NCBI GenBank assembly: GCA_965237675.1
Contig: OZ250150.1
Location: 1,504,001-1,568,000 of the forward strand
Direction of reading: 5' to 3'
Source of the DNA: Candidatus Latescibacterota bacterium
GTDB lineage: Bacteria; Latescibacterota; UBA2968; GCA-2709665
DNA length: 64,000 bases
Part shown: positions 29,736 to 41,872 of the stretch, piece after piece
How positions within the stretch are numbered: position 1 is the stretch's first letter
Layout: every line of letters begins with the position of its first letter
Program-made: the position numbers and the translations under genes
Notes under the pieces: generated by a model
Seen by the model: the letters and a program-made list of their open reading frames with translations, nothing else
What the model was told of the DNA's origin: nothing
The model's database searches: none

Positions 29736-30464
29736 ATGGAGGAAAGCGTCAAAACAAACGCTCAGGATTACCTGCTTTCCATCATGATTCCCGTGTATAA
29801 CGAGTCGAACACGCTGGGCGCCGTGATCGAGCGCGTCAGGGCCGTTCAGGTTCAGGAAGGCGTGCGTAAGGAGATCATCGTTGTGGACGACGGTTCCACC
29901 GACGGAACGGATTCGATATTGAGGAACCTGGACGACGCCGGCATCGTGGTCGTACGCCACCCCCGGAACCGGGGCAAGGGCGCGGCCGTTCGCACGGCCC
30001 TGGAACACGTGAACGGGGACTGGGCCCTCATCCAGGATGCCGACCTGGAATACGCCCCGGAAGACGTCCCCGAACTGATCGCCCCTCTTCTGCGAGATCC
30101 TTCGATCGACGCGGTTTTCGGTTCGCGTTTCCTGGGCCAAATCGAAGGCATGAAGCTGCCGAATTTCATCGCGAACAAACTGCTCACCTGGTTCACGAAT
30201 CTACTCTTTCTTTCGCGGATCACCGACCTCTGCACCGGATACAAACTCTACCGGACCGATGCCCTTCTTCAGATACCATTGGTTCGAGACGGATTCGACC
30301 TGGAACACGAGCTTACGGCCAAGCTCCTGAAAAATGGCTGCCGGATCGTTGACGTCCCGATCACGTACCGGGGCCGGGACGTGAGTGCGGGCAAAAAGGT
30401 GCGCTGGACAGACTTTTTTCTCAACATTAAAACCCTCCTCAAATACCGATTCTCCAGAATATGA
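29736..30464 (+). CDS. Glycosyltransferase family 2 (DPM-synthase-like)
   Basis: IPVYNE, VDDGSTDGT, NRGKGAA, QDADLEY, GSRF, YRGR...GKK. The ORF-track N-terminal extension is repeat-derived. Confidence 0.92.
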   Translation: MEESVKTNAQDYLLSIMIPVYNESNTLGAVIERVRAVQVQEGVRKEIIVVDDGSTDGTDSILRNLDDAGIVVVRHPRNRGKGAAVRTALEHVNGDWALIQDADLEYAPEDVPELIAPLLRDPSIDAVFGSRFLGQIEGMKLPNFIANKLLTWFTNLLFLSRITDLCTGYKLYRTDALLQIPLVRDGFDLEHELTAKLLKNGCRIVDVPITYRGRDVSAGKKVRWTDFFLNIKTLLKYRFSRI

Positions 30465-32215
30465 ACGCGCGATATCTCAGCCTCATCTTTCCGTACAGCC
30501 TCGTGGTTCTTCTGGCTTTTCAGTGCCTTTACGATCTGAACCTGGCCACCCTCGCACCCACTATGGCCTGTATGGTGGCGATTCTCTGTGTCGCCGGCCT
30601 GGCGGCGTTTCGCGGGATTCCTGAAAACCTGTTTCTGACCGCGGCCGCTGTGGGTTCCCTGGCCGTTTGCGGCATATATCTTCTTACGTGCAACGAATGG
30701 GTCCATATTATCGGCGACAATATTGCGTACATCAGGGACGCCAGGCGCCTGGTTCAGGGCACGGGCGTGCTGGACAGCCAGTACGGTCTGGGCGTGAAAA
30801 CGATGCTGATGCCGGCGGTCGTCCTGTTCCCGGACAGTGTAGTCGCGCTCAAGGTGACGATCGCCGTTTCGGGTTTCTTATTCCCGTTCTGCACGTTCCT
30901 GGTCCTCCGGGATTTTATCGACAACAGCCGGGCGCTTCTGATTGCGATGATCTCCGGTGCGTTCTGGATTTCGGTGGAATACGCCCATGTCGTAACGGCG
31001 GATATTCCCTTCCCGGCCTTCTCGATGCTCGCACTCTGGGCGATCCTGCAATACATCAAACAACCGGGGATTTCCCGGAAATGGTTGATTGGCGCCGCTT
31101 GCGCCGTGGGCTGGGCCTACCACGTGAAATCGCCGTCCATCTACCTGGTGATTGCGGCAACCCTCTATCTTTTACTTCGCAAGGAGATAAAAAAACCTCT
31201 GCTTCTTGTCGTATTCGCCTCCGTGTGGGTTCTTCCCTGGGCGTTCTACCTCAACGTCAACTTCCCCGAATCCCAGGGCTACCTGGGAATGATCAACCAG
31301 ATCGCCACGGGAACGTATATCCCGGAAAGCGACGTGGGGTCCTTCTGGCATAATTTCTTCTATTATTTCTTTCAGAAGAATCCGGTGGGCTATCTCAAGA
31401 ACCTGGAATACCTCCTGCTGCCCAAACTATATATGAGCCAGTTGCCGATCTCCGCGGAGTGGCGTCCCGTGGGCTGGTTCTTCCTCATTCTGATTGCCAC
31501 AGGGTTCGTATTCGGCAGAAGCCCCGCCAGCAGAAAACCGCTCCCGCTTCTCCGAAGCCTCCAGGTCCACGATTGGTACGTTTTAGGCTACGTTGCCACG
31601 CTCTTCACGCTGCCCGGTTCCCCCAATCGTTACTTGCTCCCCGTATTGCCTTTTATTGTTTTCTACGTCTTCAAGGGCGTGGAAAGGATCTGCGCTTGCT
31701 TCCCGGAAACCATCTCCCCGCCCAAATGCCTACCCAGCTATCTGCCATTGGGGAAAGTCATCGCCGTCTTTCAACGCCCTGCATTGGCCAGGCACAACCC
31801 CGTTTTTCTGGCCTGTTTGTTTCTGCTGCCGTCCTTGTTCACGGATTTCGCAATCATCAAAAGCCAGCGAATGACGCCGGGCTATCACGCTTACTGGAAA
31901 CCGTATTACGAGGCCAGCGTCTGGATGAAGGATAATACGCCCCCCCAGAGCCGTGTCACCACGCGGAAGCCGGGCCTGGTGTGGTTCTGGTCGGGGCGGG
32001 AAGCCGAAGGCTATCCTCCCTTCGAGGACCCCGTTAAGGCCCTGCAGGCTCTGGAAGCATTCGATTACATCCTGCTGGACAACCTACCGTTTTTTCGCGA
32101 GAAACTGAAGTACATCGTCCCGGTCATGAAAGCCTATCCCGAGAGTTTCAAGGTAGTGCATGTCTCGGAACCCCCTAAAACCTACGTCATCAGAATCAAA
32201 AAAACGGTCCCTTAA
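30461..32215 (+). CDS. Polytopic membrane protein, ArnT/PMT-like GT-C fold (putative)
   Basis: GDNIAY loop, many TM segments, RYLLPVLP. Overlaps the GT2 stop (ATGA). Confidence 0.7.
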   Translation: MNARYLSLIFPYSLVVLLAFQCLYDLNLATLAPTMACMVAILCVAGLAAFRGIPENLFLTAAAVGSLAVCGIYLLTCNEWVHIIGDNIAYIRDARRLVQGTGVLDSQYGLGVKTMLMPAVVLFPDSVVALKVTIAVSGFLFPFCTFLVLRDFIDNSRALLIAMISGAFWISVEYAHVVTADIPFPAFSMLALWAILQYIKQPGISRKWLIGAACAVGWAYHVKSPSIYLVIAATLYLLLRKEIKKPLLLVVFASVWVLPWAFYLNVNFPESQGYLGMINQIATGTYIPESDVGSFWHNFFYYFFQKNPVGYLKNLEYLLLPKLYMSQLPISAEWRPVGWFFLILIATGFVFGRSPASRKPLPLLRSLQVHDWYVLGYVATLFTLPGSPNRYLLPVLPFIVFYVFKGVERICACFPETISPPKCLPSYLPLGKVIAVFQRPALARHNPVFLACLFLLPSLFTDFAIIKSQRMTPGYHAYWKPYYEASVWMKDNTPPQSRVTTRKPGLVWFWSGREAEGYPPFEDPVKALQALEAFDYILLDNLPFFREKLKYIVPVMKAYPESFKVVHVSEPPKTYVIRIKKTVP

Positions 32216-32227
32216 AACGGGACCGCT

Positions 32228-32371
32228 CTGTAGGGGCGACCGGCCGGTCGCCCTGGTGTCGGCAGACAGCCAACGCCCTTCAACGTCAACCTGACTCTTC
32301 GCTGTCGAGGGACGGGATCATGCCTCCCCTCCCCGTGCCGGGGAGGGGCCGGGGGAGGGGTCGCCATCCGG
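32228..32371 (+). repeat. ~144-bp REP-headed direct repeat, left of TA module
   Basis: CTGTAGGGGCGACCGGCCGGTCGCCC..., near-identical to 33879-34022. Confidence 0.9.
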
Positions 32372-32491
32372 TCGCCCCTACGCCGGATCTGAATCGGAGG
32401 CCGCATCAGATGGAGAGTAACGGTGGTAGATTCCAATGATTCAAGAACGAAATCAGCGTTTTTGCTTACCGATGAAGACGGAGTTGAGGTA

Positions 32492-32941
32492 TCAGAGGTC
32501 GATTTCTCTAATTTGCCCATTCCGGTAAACCAGGGCTATGAATGGCGGCCTGTGTTGCTCTGCAAAACTTACGATCCTGTTCATTGCCTTGAGGATAATT
32601 TCAGCCAGTTCCCGGGAAGACACATTTTTCGCAGTTATTGCGAAGAATGAAGCTCCGGAGTTCTTGATGGCCTGTTTTTCGACCTCGTTATACCTAATTT
32701 TCAGATCTCGAGACAATATCAGCCAACCGCGTTCGCCGATTTCTCCCAACCACTCCGCGTCGGTCACCTCGCCTTCGGTATTGAATTCAGGAAATTCCGT
32801 TACGTGGTCTCGGATTTCGAGGCCCAGATCTTTTGTGATCTGAGCCTCGCGCAATTCTCGTAACAAAACGCGACTCGACAGGTTGCGGTCAACAAATAGG
32901 TGTATAGGGGATTCAGGCGGCCCGGCTGATCGCGGACTCAT
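32492..32941 (-). CDS. VapC45-like PIN-domain toxin
   Basis: LFVDRNL, VTDAEWL..IGERGWLILSRDLKIRY...E. Overlaps the upstream DUF433 gene. Confidence 0.8.
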   Translation of the reverse strand: MSPRSAGPPESPIHLFVDRNLSSRVLLRELREAQITKDLGLEIRDHVTEFPEFNTEGEVTDAEWLGEIGERGWLILSRDLKIRYNEVEKQAIKNSGASFFAITAKNVSSRELAEIILKAMNRIVSFAEQHRPPFIALVYRNGQIREIDL

Positions 32942-33590
32942 ACCTTAGAACTTCCTCAATCTGGACGGGTGTGAGACGATAGTCCTTACACATTTCGCTG
33001 ATGGTGTCTCCCGCAACGAATCTGTCGCAAACAACCTCGGTGGCCACTCCTACGCCAGTGATAGATGGTCGACCAAACGAGACGTATGGGCTGATGAGAA
33101 CGGGACGTCTATTTGCTCTTTGCCAATTCAACCGTGGATCTATGGTGAAGGGATGAAGGCGCACTGGGCCTATCTCATCCCGGTCGATGCGATGCAAGTA
33201 AATTTGTATAAGCTCGCCCACCTCTATCTGTCTACCTCGATTAAGGTTGAACAGTTGGCCGAGTTTCTCAACGATCAGGTACTTCCCATCGGTGAAGAAT
33301 TCTTCGGTTGCCAGCGGATATTCAGCGTCTGGCCATTGATGTTGTAATTCGTTTAAAGCAATTCGAATGCGTTGCATCGAAAGACCGAATCTTCCACGAA
33401 GTGCGGACAGTACATGAGCCTCGACAAGATTCAAAAAAGACAGTTGAATTCGCGGTGCTTCAGGAAGTCCAAAAAGCCCGCTGCCCTTCAACCACGTTCT
33501 GAGTGTCCCGGGGTGCATCCTGAGAAAGCGAGCGGCTTCAGCCACTTGGTAGGTGGCTAAGAATCTGTATTTAGGATCCTTGTCGTTCAT
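32913..33590 (-). CDS. HTH-DUF433 antitoxin (VapB45-like)
   Basis: YQVAEAARFL...TLRTW HTH, LSFLNLVEAHVL, ISPYVSFGRPSI...AGDTISE..DY.L...IEEVLRYE. Confidence 0.85.
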   Translation of the reverse strand: MNDKDPKYRFLATYQVAEAARFLRMHPGTLRTWLKGSGLFGLPEAPRIQLSFLNLVEAHVLSALRGRFGLSMQRIRIALNELQHQWPDAEYPLATEEFFTDGKYLIVEKLGQLFNLNRGRQIEVGELIQIYLHRIDRDEIGPVRLHPFTIDPRLNWQRANRRPVLISPYVSFGRPSITGVGVATEVVCDRFVAGDTISEMCKDYRLTPVQIEEVLRYESAISRAA

Positions 33591-33878
33591 TTCGGGGAGC
33601 CTCTCGGGAGTCGTTGTTCGTGTTCTGAAAATCGCTTATGAGTGTATCAATAGGCGACATATCGACCAGATTAAATTTGCCGAATATACCTACCCTGACG
33701 GCGCAACGCCGTACCCGTCGCATTTGGATATCCCTGCCATTTATATAATATAGAATGTTGTGGTGGTCTTGCACAAGGGATGTTTTCAATTTCCCACGTG
33801 GCGTGGCTGCGTTTCAGGATCGATATGTTTTCGTAGATTCAGAAATCACACGGCAACCGTCACCTGCCATTGGCGCTC

Positions 33879-34022
33879 CTGTAGGGGCGACCGGCCGGTC
33901 GCCCTGGTGTCGGCAGACAGCCAACGCCCTTCAACGTCACCCCGACTTTTCGCTGTCGAGGGACGGGATCATGCCCCCCCTCCCCGTGCCGGGGAGGGGC
34001 CGGGGGAGGGGTCGCCATCCGG
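33879..34022 (+). repeat. ~144-bp REP-headed direct repeat, right of TA module
   Basis: Near-identical to 32228-32371. Confidence 0.9.
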
Positions 34023-34051
34023 CCGGTCGCCCCGAGGTGCTAAATAGACAG

Positions 34052-34084
34052 AAAGCCCGGCGGGATGCCCGCCGGGCTATTTTT
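34052..34084. terminator. Intrinsic terminator, probably bidirectional, downstream of htrA
   Basis: AAAGCCCGGCGGG-ATG-CCCGCCGGGCT-ATTTTT. Confidence 0.7.
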
Positions 34085-34149
34085 GGTGTCGTGAGAATCG
34101 ATGTGGTGAGCCGCGTCGGCGCCGTGTGTGGCGATCGGCGGATGCGTTT

Positions 34150-35601
34150 CTATTCAGGTATTTTCATGGTCAGGAACAGGTTGCTCGTTCCCCGGCGGAC
34201 GAAAAAAGCGGCGTTGCGGCCCTTTTCAAGTTTGGCCAGGGAAGCCTTGAAATCAACCACGGAGCGCACCTCCAGTTCGAAACGGCCCTGGCGGATCTTG
34301 AAGATGATATCGCCCCGTCCGAAGCGGGCCCTCCCCGCCGGGCTTCTGGGGGCCACGTCCGTTACGAGAATGCCGTCCATCGCGTCTCTCAAGCCCCAGC
34401 TCTCGGCGACGTCGGGAGTGATGTCGCGCAGACTGAGGCCGTGAAGGGCGGTCGGGCCGGTCGCCGCCCTCGCCGAGGCGGTCTCGCCGAGCCTCGCGGG
34501 CTTTTCCCCCAGTTTGACCCGGAGGGGGATCGTCTTGCTCATCCGCTTGATTTCCAATGAAACGGTGTCGTCAGGGTGTTTTCGCGCAATCAGGCTCTGA
34601 ACGTGGTTGGGGCGATTGACCGGTTTGCCGTCTATACTCAAAATGATATCCTCGGTTTTCAGTCCCGCGGCATCCGCCGGCGTGTCTGAAAAAACATCGG
34701 CGATGAGTACGCCGCGGGGGCGGTCCAGGCCGAACGCATCGGCCAGGGCGGCGTCGACCTGTTTGAGGGCTACGCCGAGAAAACCCCTGCGGACCCGTCC
34801 ATCGGTGACGATATCGTCCATTACCTTTCTTGCCAGGTTGATCGGAATGGCGAAGCCGTACCCGATAAACCCCCGATCCTCCGTTGCGATCGCCGTGTTC
34901 ACGCCGATGACTTCGCCTTTGAGATTAATCAATGCGCCGCCGGAGTTGCCGGGGTTGATGGCGGCGTCGGTCTGGATGAAATCTTCCACGCCGAACGAGT
35001 TCGAGATGATATTCAGGTTGCGGCCCAGGGCGCTGACAATACCGGAGGTGACGGTGGAACGCAGGCGGAGCGGCGCGCCGACCGCCATCACCCACTCCCC
35101 GATTCGGACCTGGTCGGAGTCGCCCATAGGCGCGGCCGGGAGGTCGCTGGCGTCGATCTTGATGACCGCCACGTCCGTAAGCGAATCGGTGCCGACCAGC
35201 CGGGCTTCGAACTCCTGGTTGTCATTGAGAATGACCGTGATCTGGTCCGCTCTGCCCACGACGTGGTGGTTGGTCAGTATATATCCGTCCGCGGTCATGA
35301 TAATGCCGGAGCCGAGTCCCGGCCGTTCCTCTTTCCGGTCACGCGGCATCCGGAAATAGGGACGAAAGTAAAACCGGGGGTCCATTTCCCGGCCCGAAAC
35401 CGAAACGGTCTGCCTCGTGCCGATCGTAACCACGGTGGGCGTAATCCGCCCGGCAATGCTCGTAAAGGCTTTGTTGAGGTTCTGAAGCTGCTCAATGGCC
35501 TGGTCCTCGGATCCGATTGCGGGCGTCGTAAAGGCGCCTGCGGCGAGGAGCAGGCCCGCGAAAAGCGTCAGCCGCCGGTAGCGGATCATTTGAATCGACA
35601 T
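34150..35601 (-). CDS. htrA: DegP/DegQ (HtrA) serine protease with two PDZ domains
   Basis: Signal peptide, GSG, TNHHV, D.AV.K, TDAAINPGNSGG, two PDZ domains. Confidence 0.93.
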   Translation of the reverse strand: MSIQMIRYRRLTLFAGLLLAAGAFTTPAIGSEDQAIEQLQNLNKAFTSIAGRITPTVVTIGTRQTVSVSGREMDPRFYFRPYFRMPRDRKEERPGLGSGIIMTADGYILTNHHVVGRADQITVILNDNQEFEARLVGTDSLTDVAVIKIDASDLPAAPMGDSDQVRIGEWVMAVGAPLRLRSTVTSGIVSALGRNLNIISNSFGVEDFIQTDAAINPGNSGGALINLKGEVIGVNTAIATEDRGFIGYGFAIPINLARKVMDDIVTDGRVRRGFLGVALKQVDAALADAFGLDRPRGVLIADVFSDTPADAAGLKTEDIILSIDGKPVNRPNHVQSLIARKHPDDTVSLEIKRMSKTIPLRVKLGEKPARLGETASARAATGPTALHGLSLRDITPDVAESWGLRDAMDGILVTDVAPRSPAGRARFGRGDIIFKIRQGRFELEVRSVVDFKASLAKLEKGRNAAFFVRRGTSNLFLTMKIPE

Positions 35602-35727
35602 CGTGAAAAAGCCCCTTTCGTTTGTATCCTGGTTTGCTCGATATTTCGAGGATGAATCACCCGGGTTCACGGGAATTAGACCCGGAAGGCGGGGGAAAGG
35701 TTCCGAAAAACCGCCTTGAATCGGTTA

Positions 35728-36185
35728 GAGGTGAGACGGAAGAGGTGAGATGGGTCGGTAACGTTGCCGCATGATATCCCGCTGGGTGGTCTTAATGCTG
35801 TGCGCCGCCGGCTTCCTCTGGGAGCGCGGGTGTCCCGCCCGCGTGGCGCCGTCGTCTTTGCATTTGTAGGGGCAACCCTTGGGGTTGCCCTCTAGATAGC
35901 GAGGATATCGCTGTCTGAATCGCTGCAGTTAACACCCGGCAGTACGCTGTCCGTTGATTGATATGGGGTATCTGTAGGGGCGACCGGCCGGTCGCCCCTA
36001 CGCCTTGCTGCGCCCTATCTGATCCTGCCACGTCACGGCGCCGACATCCGTGAATTGATATCGCCAGGCCTTGTCGCAAACCGCCTTTAGCTGACTGCTG
36101 ATAGCTGACTGCTGATCGCTGATGGCTGGTGGCTGCGAGCGGCGTGGAGGGGTGGCCTTCTCACCTCTCCCGTCTTACTTCTTGC
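35728..36185. repeat. Intergenic REP mosaic
   Basis: REPs at 35866 and 35974, GCTGACT/GCTGATA heptamer run at 36089-36125, GTGAGAC / TCTCACC heptamer ends. Confidence 0.8.
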
Positions 36186-36192
36186 CGCTTCT

Positions 36193-37740
<1,548 letters not shown>

Positions 37741-37785
37741 GGTGAATGGATGGTTGATTCGGGTTCGTTAGCTGGAAACAGCGGG

Positions 37786-40700
37786 TCATTGCGCGCGCGG
37801 CGTGGTTTCCTGGATACTTTGCAACAGGTCCTGCAGCATCTCGATGCGTTTTCCGGCCTGAAGGCCCAGGTCGCTGGCGGCACCCTCCCGGCGCCGGATG
37901 GCCTCGAGTTCCCGGATCGCCTCCTTGAAATTCCCCAGGGCTTCGTAGCAGTTGGCCAGGCCCCAGTGTGCGCTGGCCAGCCATTGCGGCTGGCCCTGAA
38001 ACTGGTACTGGAGTTTCAGAAATTCCCGTTTCGCGCTTTCGTAGTCTCCGAGGGCGAAATGGCACTCCGCGAGCAATTGCTGAATGGCCGACCAGTCGTC
38101 TCCCTCGACGTTTTTCAGCATGGGAGTCAGCCGGGCGATTGCCAGCCGGAATTGCTTGTTGTCGTACAGCATACTTCCGATGTCGATGCGGACGTCCGCC
38201 GCAAGGCGGTGCCGGGGAAACTCTTGAACGAGCCGGTTGGCATAGGCGATCGCCGTATCGAACAGCTTCAGACGTCTGTGAACCTTCATCAGCCTGGACA
38301 GCACCTTCGGCGTTTCATCGGGCGACGGGCCGGCTTCAAGCACGTTCCGATAGGCCCTGGACGCCCTCTCAAAGTCCCCGTCGTTGTAAAGGATATCGGC
38401 CAGATCGAGGGCCGCGGCGGGCCAGTTGCGACTGCCTGAACGGGTTTTCACAAAGCCGGCGAGGGCTTCCCGGTACGCTTCCTTCCGTCCTTCCTTTTCC
38501 AGTGCCCGGACGCGATAGTAGGCGGCTTCGGCCGCGGCGTCGCCGCCGGGATGGGTCTTGACGACGCGCTCGAAAATCTGGCGGGCCTTCTTGAAATTGC
38601 CCGCGTTCAGATAGTACCTGCCCTCTTCGTTCTTGAACCGGGCGAGCCAGGTTCGGCTGTCCGCGTGGGTCTTCTTGAACCTGCCCGCGGCTTTTTTCGC
38701 CTCCTGCACGCGCTTCAGACGGAACAGGCTGAGGACTTCGCGCCCGTCAACCGACGCGTCTCTTGCGCCCGCCGGGACATTTCCAAGGGCCGCAAGCGCG
38801 TTCTGGTAGTCCTCGGCTTCGAACAGGAGGACGGCCAGGGTCGTGGCCGCTTCCGCTTTGAGCGGGCTTCCTGGATACTGTTTCGGGAACGCCCTGAAGG
38901 CGGCGACGGCTTCGGGTTTCCGGTCGAGGCCCGCCAGGAGCCGCGCCCTGGCGTACGCGAAGCTGTCCGCATCCGCGGCATTGGGAAACGCGCTCAGCAG
39001 GGTCTCGCAGGTTTCGATGGCTTCAACCGCCTGCCCGTTTGCTTGGTAGGACCGCGCCAGCCGGCGAAGTACGGAGCCGTCGGGCCCGGCCGACAGCAGT
39101 CCGGTGTCGATTTCAATGGCGCGCCGGTAGTCCCCGGCCCGGAAGGTACTCTCGGCCAACAGGGCGCGTGCGGCGCGCGCCAGTTCGGGCGGTGCGGGCC
39201 CCGCGAGAAGCTCGGCCAGGTCGTCCGCCGCGCTCCGCGCGAACCCGCGCTCCAGGAGGATGCGGCCCAGTTGATACCTGGCGTGGCCCGCCAGGTCGCT
39301 CTGCGGAAACTCGAAGAGGAAATCGCGCAGCGTTTCCTCGGCCGCGACGTAGTCTTTCTTCAGGGCCTGGCACAGCCCGATGCCGTAGGTTGCCCGTTCC
39401 GCGGCCGGGCTTTGTGGATTTGCATCCCGAATGCCGCGATAGGTTGTCGCGGCGGTATCGATACGCGAGGGTTCGAACCGGCCGAGAACGCGCATCGCGT
39501 CAGCCATGCCCAGCAGCGCGCGGTCCATCCGGTCGGAATTGGGGTAGGTGTTCCTGAATTCGCCGTATGCCGCCAGTTGCCGCCGCGCGCGCGCGGTATC
39601 GGGGGCCGCCGCGCCTGCCTGCGCCGTGTCCGGCGCGGCAGGCAGGCGGGTTACCGTTTCGATCCGCAGCAGGCCGGCGTCGTCGGCAGTTTCGCTATCG
39701 GGATGTCCGGTTTCAACTTCCCGAAGCGCCGCCAGGCCCCTTTCCCGCCAGGACGCCGCCGCTTCGGGCCGGCTTTCCAGATCCGCTCTTCGCGCCATTT
39801 TCAGGGCGCTCTCGCCCAGAAGATAGGTGGCCTCGGGAGCGAACGGCGCAGGCGGGTCGGCGGACAGCGACGCGGTGAGTTTCTCGGTGGCTTCCCGGAA
39901 TTGCCGGCGGCTGAAAAGGAACTTACCCAGAACGAACTGGGCCTGCGGATCGGCGGCGATTGCCGGGAAATTGGAGAGAAGCGCGGCCAGGTCGGCTGGC
40001 GGAACGCCCGGGCTCTCGGGCGCGAACTCCCGGAGGTACTGGATGCGGATTACGGCCTCGTCGGCGCGTTGATGGAAGCTCTGCAGGTAGGAGCGGTATT
40101 CGCGGATCGCCAGGTCCTGTCGCCCCGTTCTTTCCATAATGCGGGCGATGCCGAACTGCGCTTCGCCGGCAACGGCGGCCGGGGCCGTGTCCACCAGATC
40201 CCGGTAGGCCTCCAGCGCGAGGTCGTGCCAGCCGAGGTCGTGTTCGCAGGTGCGCGCGATGTGCAACTGTACCGCCGCCACGGCGCCGGGCGTCTCCGCC
40301 CGTTCGATATAGGACCGGTAGGACCTCAGCGCCCTGCGAGGGGCGCCGGCGGCCCGCCAGGCGTCGCCCATCTCCGCGTGCGCCTGGATGCCGGCCTCCG
40401 ATTCCGGGTAGAGCTCACGAAGGCGGCGGAACGCGTTCAGGGCCTCGCGGTATTGTCTCAGACCCGCGTGGGCGCGCCCCATACCCAGCCACGCGCGATC
40501 CAGGTAGGGGCTGGCCTCGTATACGTTGATGAACTCGGTGAAGAGCGCGAGCGCTTCCGTCGAGCGTCCCAGTTCACGATAGGCGTTGCCCAGCCCCAGG
40601 ACCGCCATCTGGCGGACCTCGCTTTTGGGCAGGCTGCCCCGGGCGAGTTCGTGGATTTCGGCCGCCCTGGCCCAGTTCCCGCGGCCTTCGAACCAGGCGG

Positions 40701-41511
40701 CCAGTTCCAGGGTGGACGCACCGGCCGCTGAACTGCGGGGATAGGCCCTTCGCAGCCTGCCGAAGACTGCTTCCGCCTCCTTGACGTCCTTCATGCCCAG
40801 GGCGATTTTGCCGATTTCGAGCAGGGCCTCCGGCGTCCGTTTGGAATTTCCAACGGGTTCGGATATCGTTTTGAACCGCTCGAGCGCCTCTTCGGGACGT
40901 CCGGCGTCGAGCAGTACGAGACCCCAGTTGTAGTTCGCCTCCGTGGCGAGGTCGGATTGCGGGTATCTCGCCACGAGTGCGCCGAATGCCTTCCCCGCGG
41001 CGTCCGGTTCCTTTCCCTTGTGGAAGTTGATTCCCGCCGCGAGCAGGTTCCGGTCGGCGTGTTGACCGCCGGCGAACCGGTCGTGCGCCTCCTGGAAGGC
41101 CGTGCCGGCCTTTGCGTATTCCGAGAGGCGCTCGAGGGCCTCGGCCTTGCGCCGCATGGCCGGGGCGGTTTCGAGGCGCCCGGGGTAGCGCACGAGAAAG
41201 TCTTCATACGCGCCGACCGCTTCCTTGTACTGTTCGTCCAGAAAATGGGCCTCTCCCAGTTGATAGAGCGTCGAGGGAAGCCGCTCGCTCGTGGGATACC
41301 TGGCGAGGAACCGCCGGAACTCCTGCGCCGCATTGGCATAATCGCGGTTGTCGAACAGGCGTTGCGCGAGTTCGAAGCTCTCGCTTTCCTCCTCGACGGC
41401 CTGTCCCGGGAGCGGCGTGGACGAGGCCGGCAGAAGACAGAGACCGAGGGCCGCGCCCGCGAGGAATCGCGGCCATGAAACCGGTTTGTGAAAAGTAGAT
41501 AAAATAGCCAT
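37786..41511 (-). CDS. Large secreted tetratricopeptide-repeat protein (BamD/YbgF-like repeats)
   Basis: Signal peptide followed by many A..F..F...YP.S...A.Y.LG repeats. Confidence 0.9.
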   Translation of the reverse strand: MAILSTFHKPVSWPRFLAGAALGLCLLPASSTPLPGQAVEEESESFELAQRLFDNRDYANAAQEFRRFLARYPTSERLPSTLYQLGEAHFLDEQYKEAVGAYEDFLVRYPGRLETAPAMRRKAEALERLSEYAKAGTAFQEAHDRFAGGQHADRNLLAAGINFHKGKEPDAAGKAFGALVARYPQSDLATEANYNWGLVLLDAGRPEEALERFKTISEPVGNSKRTPEALLEIGKIALGMKDVKEAEAVFGRLRRAYPRSSAAGASTLELAAWFEGRGNWARAAEIHELARGSLPKSEVRQMAVLGLGNAYRELGRSTEALALFTEFINVYEASPYLDRAWLGMGRAHAGLRQYREALNAFRRLRELYPESEAGIQAHAEMGDAWRAAGAPRRALRSYRSYIERAETPGAVAAVQLHIARTCEHDLGWHDLALEAYRDLVDTAPAAVAGEAQFGIARIMERTGRQDLAIREYRSYLQSFHQRADEAVIRIQYLREFAPESPGVPPADLAALLSNFPAIAADPQAQFVLGKFLFSRRQFREATEKLTASLSADPPAPFAPEATYLLGESALKMARRADLESRPEAAASWRERGLAALREVETGHPDSETADDAGLLRIETVTRLPAAPDTAQAGAAAPDTARARRQLAAYGEFRNTYPNSDRMDRALLGMADAMRVLGRFEPSRIDTAATTYRGIRDANPQSPAAERATYGIGLCQALKKDYVAAEETLRDFLFEFPQSDLAGHARYQLGRILLERGFARSAADDLAELLAGPAPPELARAARALLAESTFRAGDYRRAIEIDTGLLSAGPDGSVLRRLARSYQANGQAVEAIETCETLLSAFPNAADADSFAYARARLLAGLDRKPEAVAAFRAFPKQYPGSPLKAEAATTLAVLLFEAEDYQNALAALGNVPAGARDASVDGREVLSLFRLKRVQEAKKAAGRFKKTHADSRTWLARFKNEEGRYYLNAGNFKKARQIFERVVKTHPGGDAAAEAAYYRVRALEKEGRKEAYREALAGFVKTRSGSRNWPAAALDLADILYNDGDFERASRAYRNVLEAGPSPDETPKVLSRLMKVHRRLKLFDTAIAYANRLVQEFPRHRLAADVRIDIGSMLYDNKQFRLAIARLTPMLKNVEGDDWSAIQQLLAECHFALGDYESAKREFLKLQYQFQGQPQWLASAHWGLANCYEALGNFKEAIRELEAIRRREGAASDLGLQAGKRIEMLQDLLQSIQETTPRAQ

Positions 41512-41560
41512 AATTTATAGAGGTTACGGATGTTTATAACGCCACCGCGCGACGCATTTC

Positions 41561-41589
41561 AATTTATCACATTTGCGCGGGGGCGTCAA
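41561..41589 (-). promoter_or_regulatory. Sigma70-type promoter for the TPR operon
   Basis: On the minus strand, TTGACG-N17-TAAATT with a TG extension. Confidence 0.55.
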
Positions 41590-41872
41590 TCCCTAACTTC
41601 GATTTCGTCCGTACACGGACGCCACGGGGCGGGGCGGGCAACCGGGAAATTCGCGTGTGGGTCCGGGTCGATGCGGACTGCAAGTTTGGCAGACGGTCCC
41701 GTCTCCCGGGCGAAACGCCGCCGCGGGGAATCGGCCTGGATGCCTATCCGTCCGTCCAAATGCGATCGGGTCCCGGCCGCGCGGGCGCCGCGGATTGGCG
41801 CTTGACACAACCGCGCCGGGCGTCGTTATTGCCGAACTCCGAGATCCGCCGCGTAGCGCCGCTGTTGCATTT

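Noticed and set aside
39590-39640. AAPDTA duplication inside the TPR protein
   Set aside because: Short in-frame linker duplication, real but of no evident significance
41610-41760. Possible ncRNA (ACGGACG...CGTCCGT ends, GAAA-loop hairpin)
   Set aside because: Pairing is weak for GC-rich DNA and I could not match 6S, SRP, tmRNA or riboswitch consensus. It needs cmscan.
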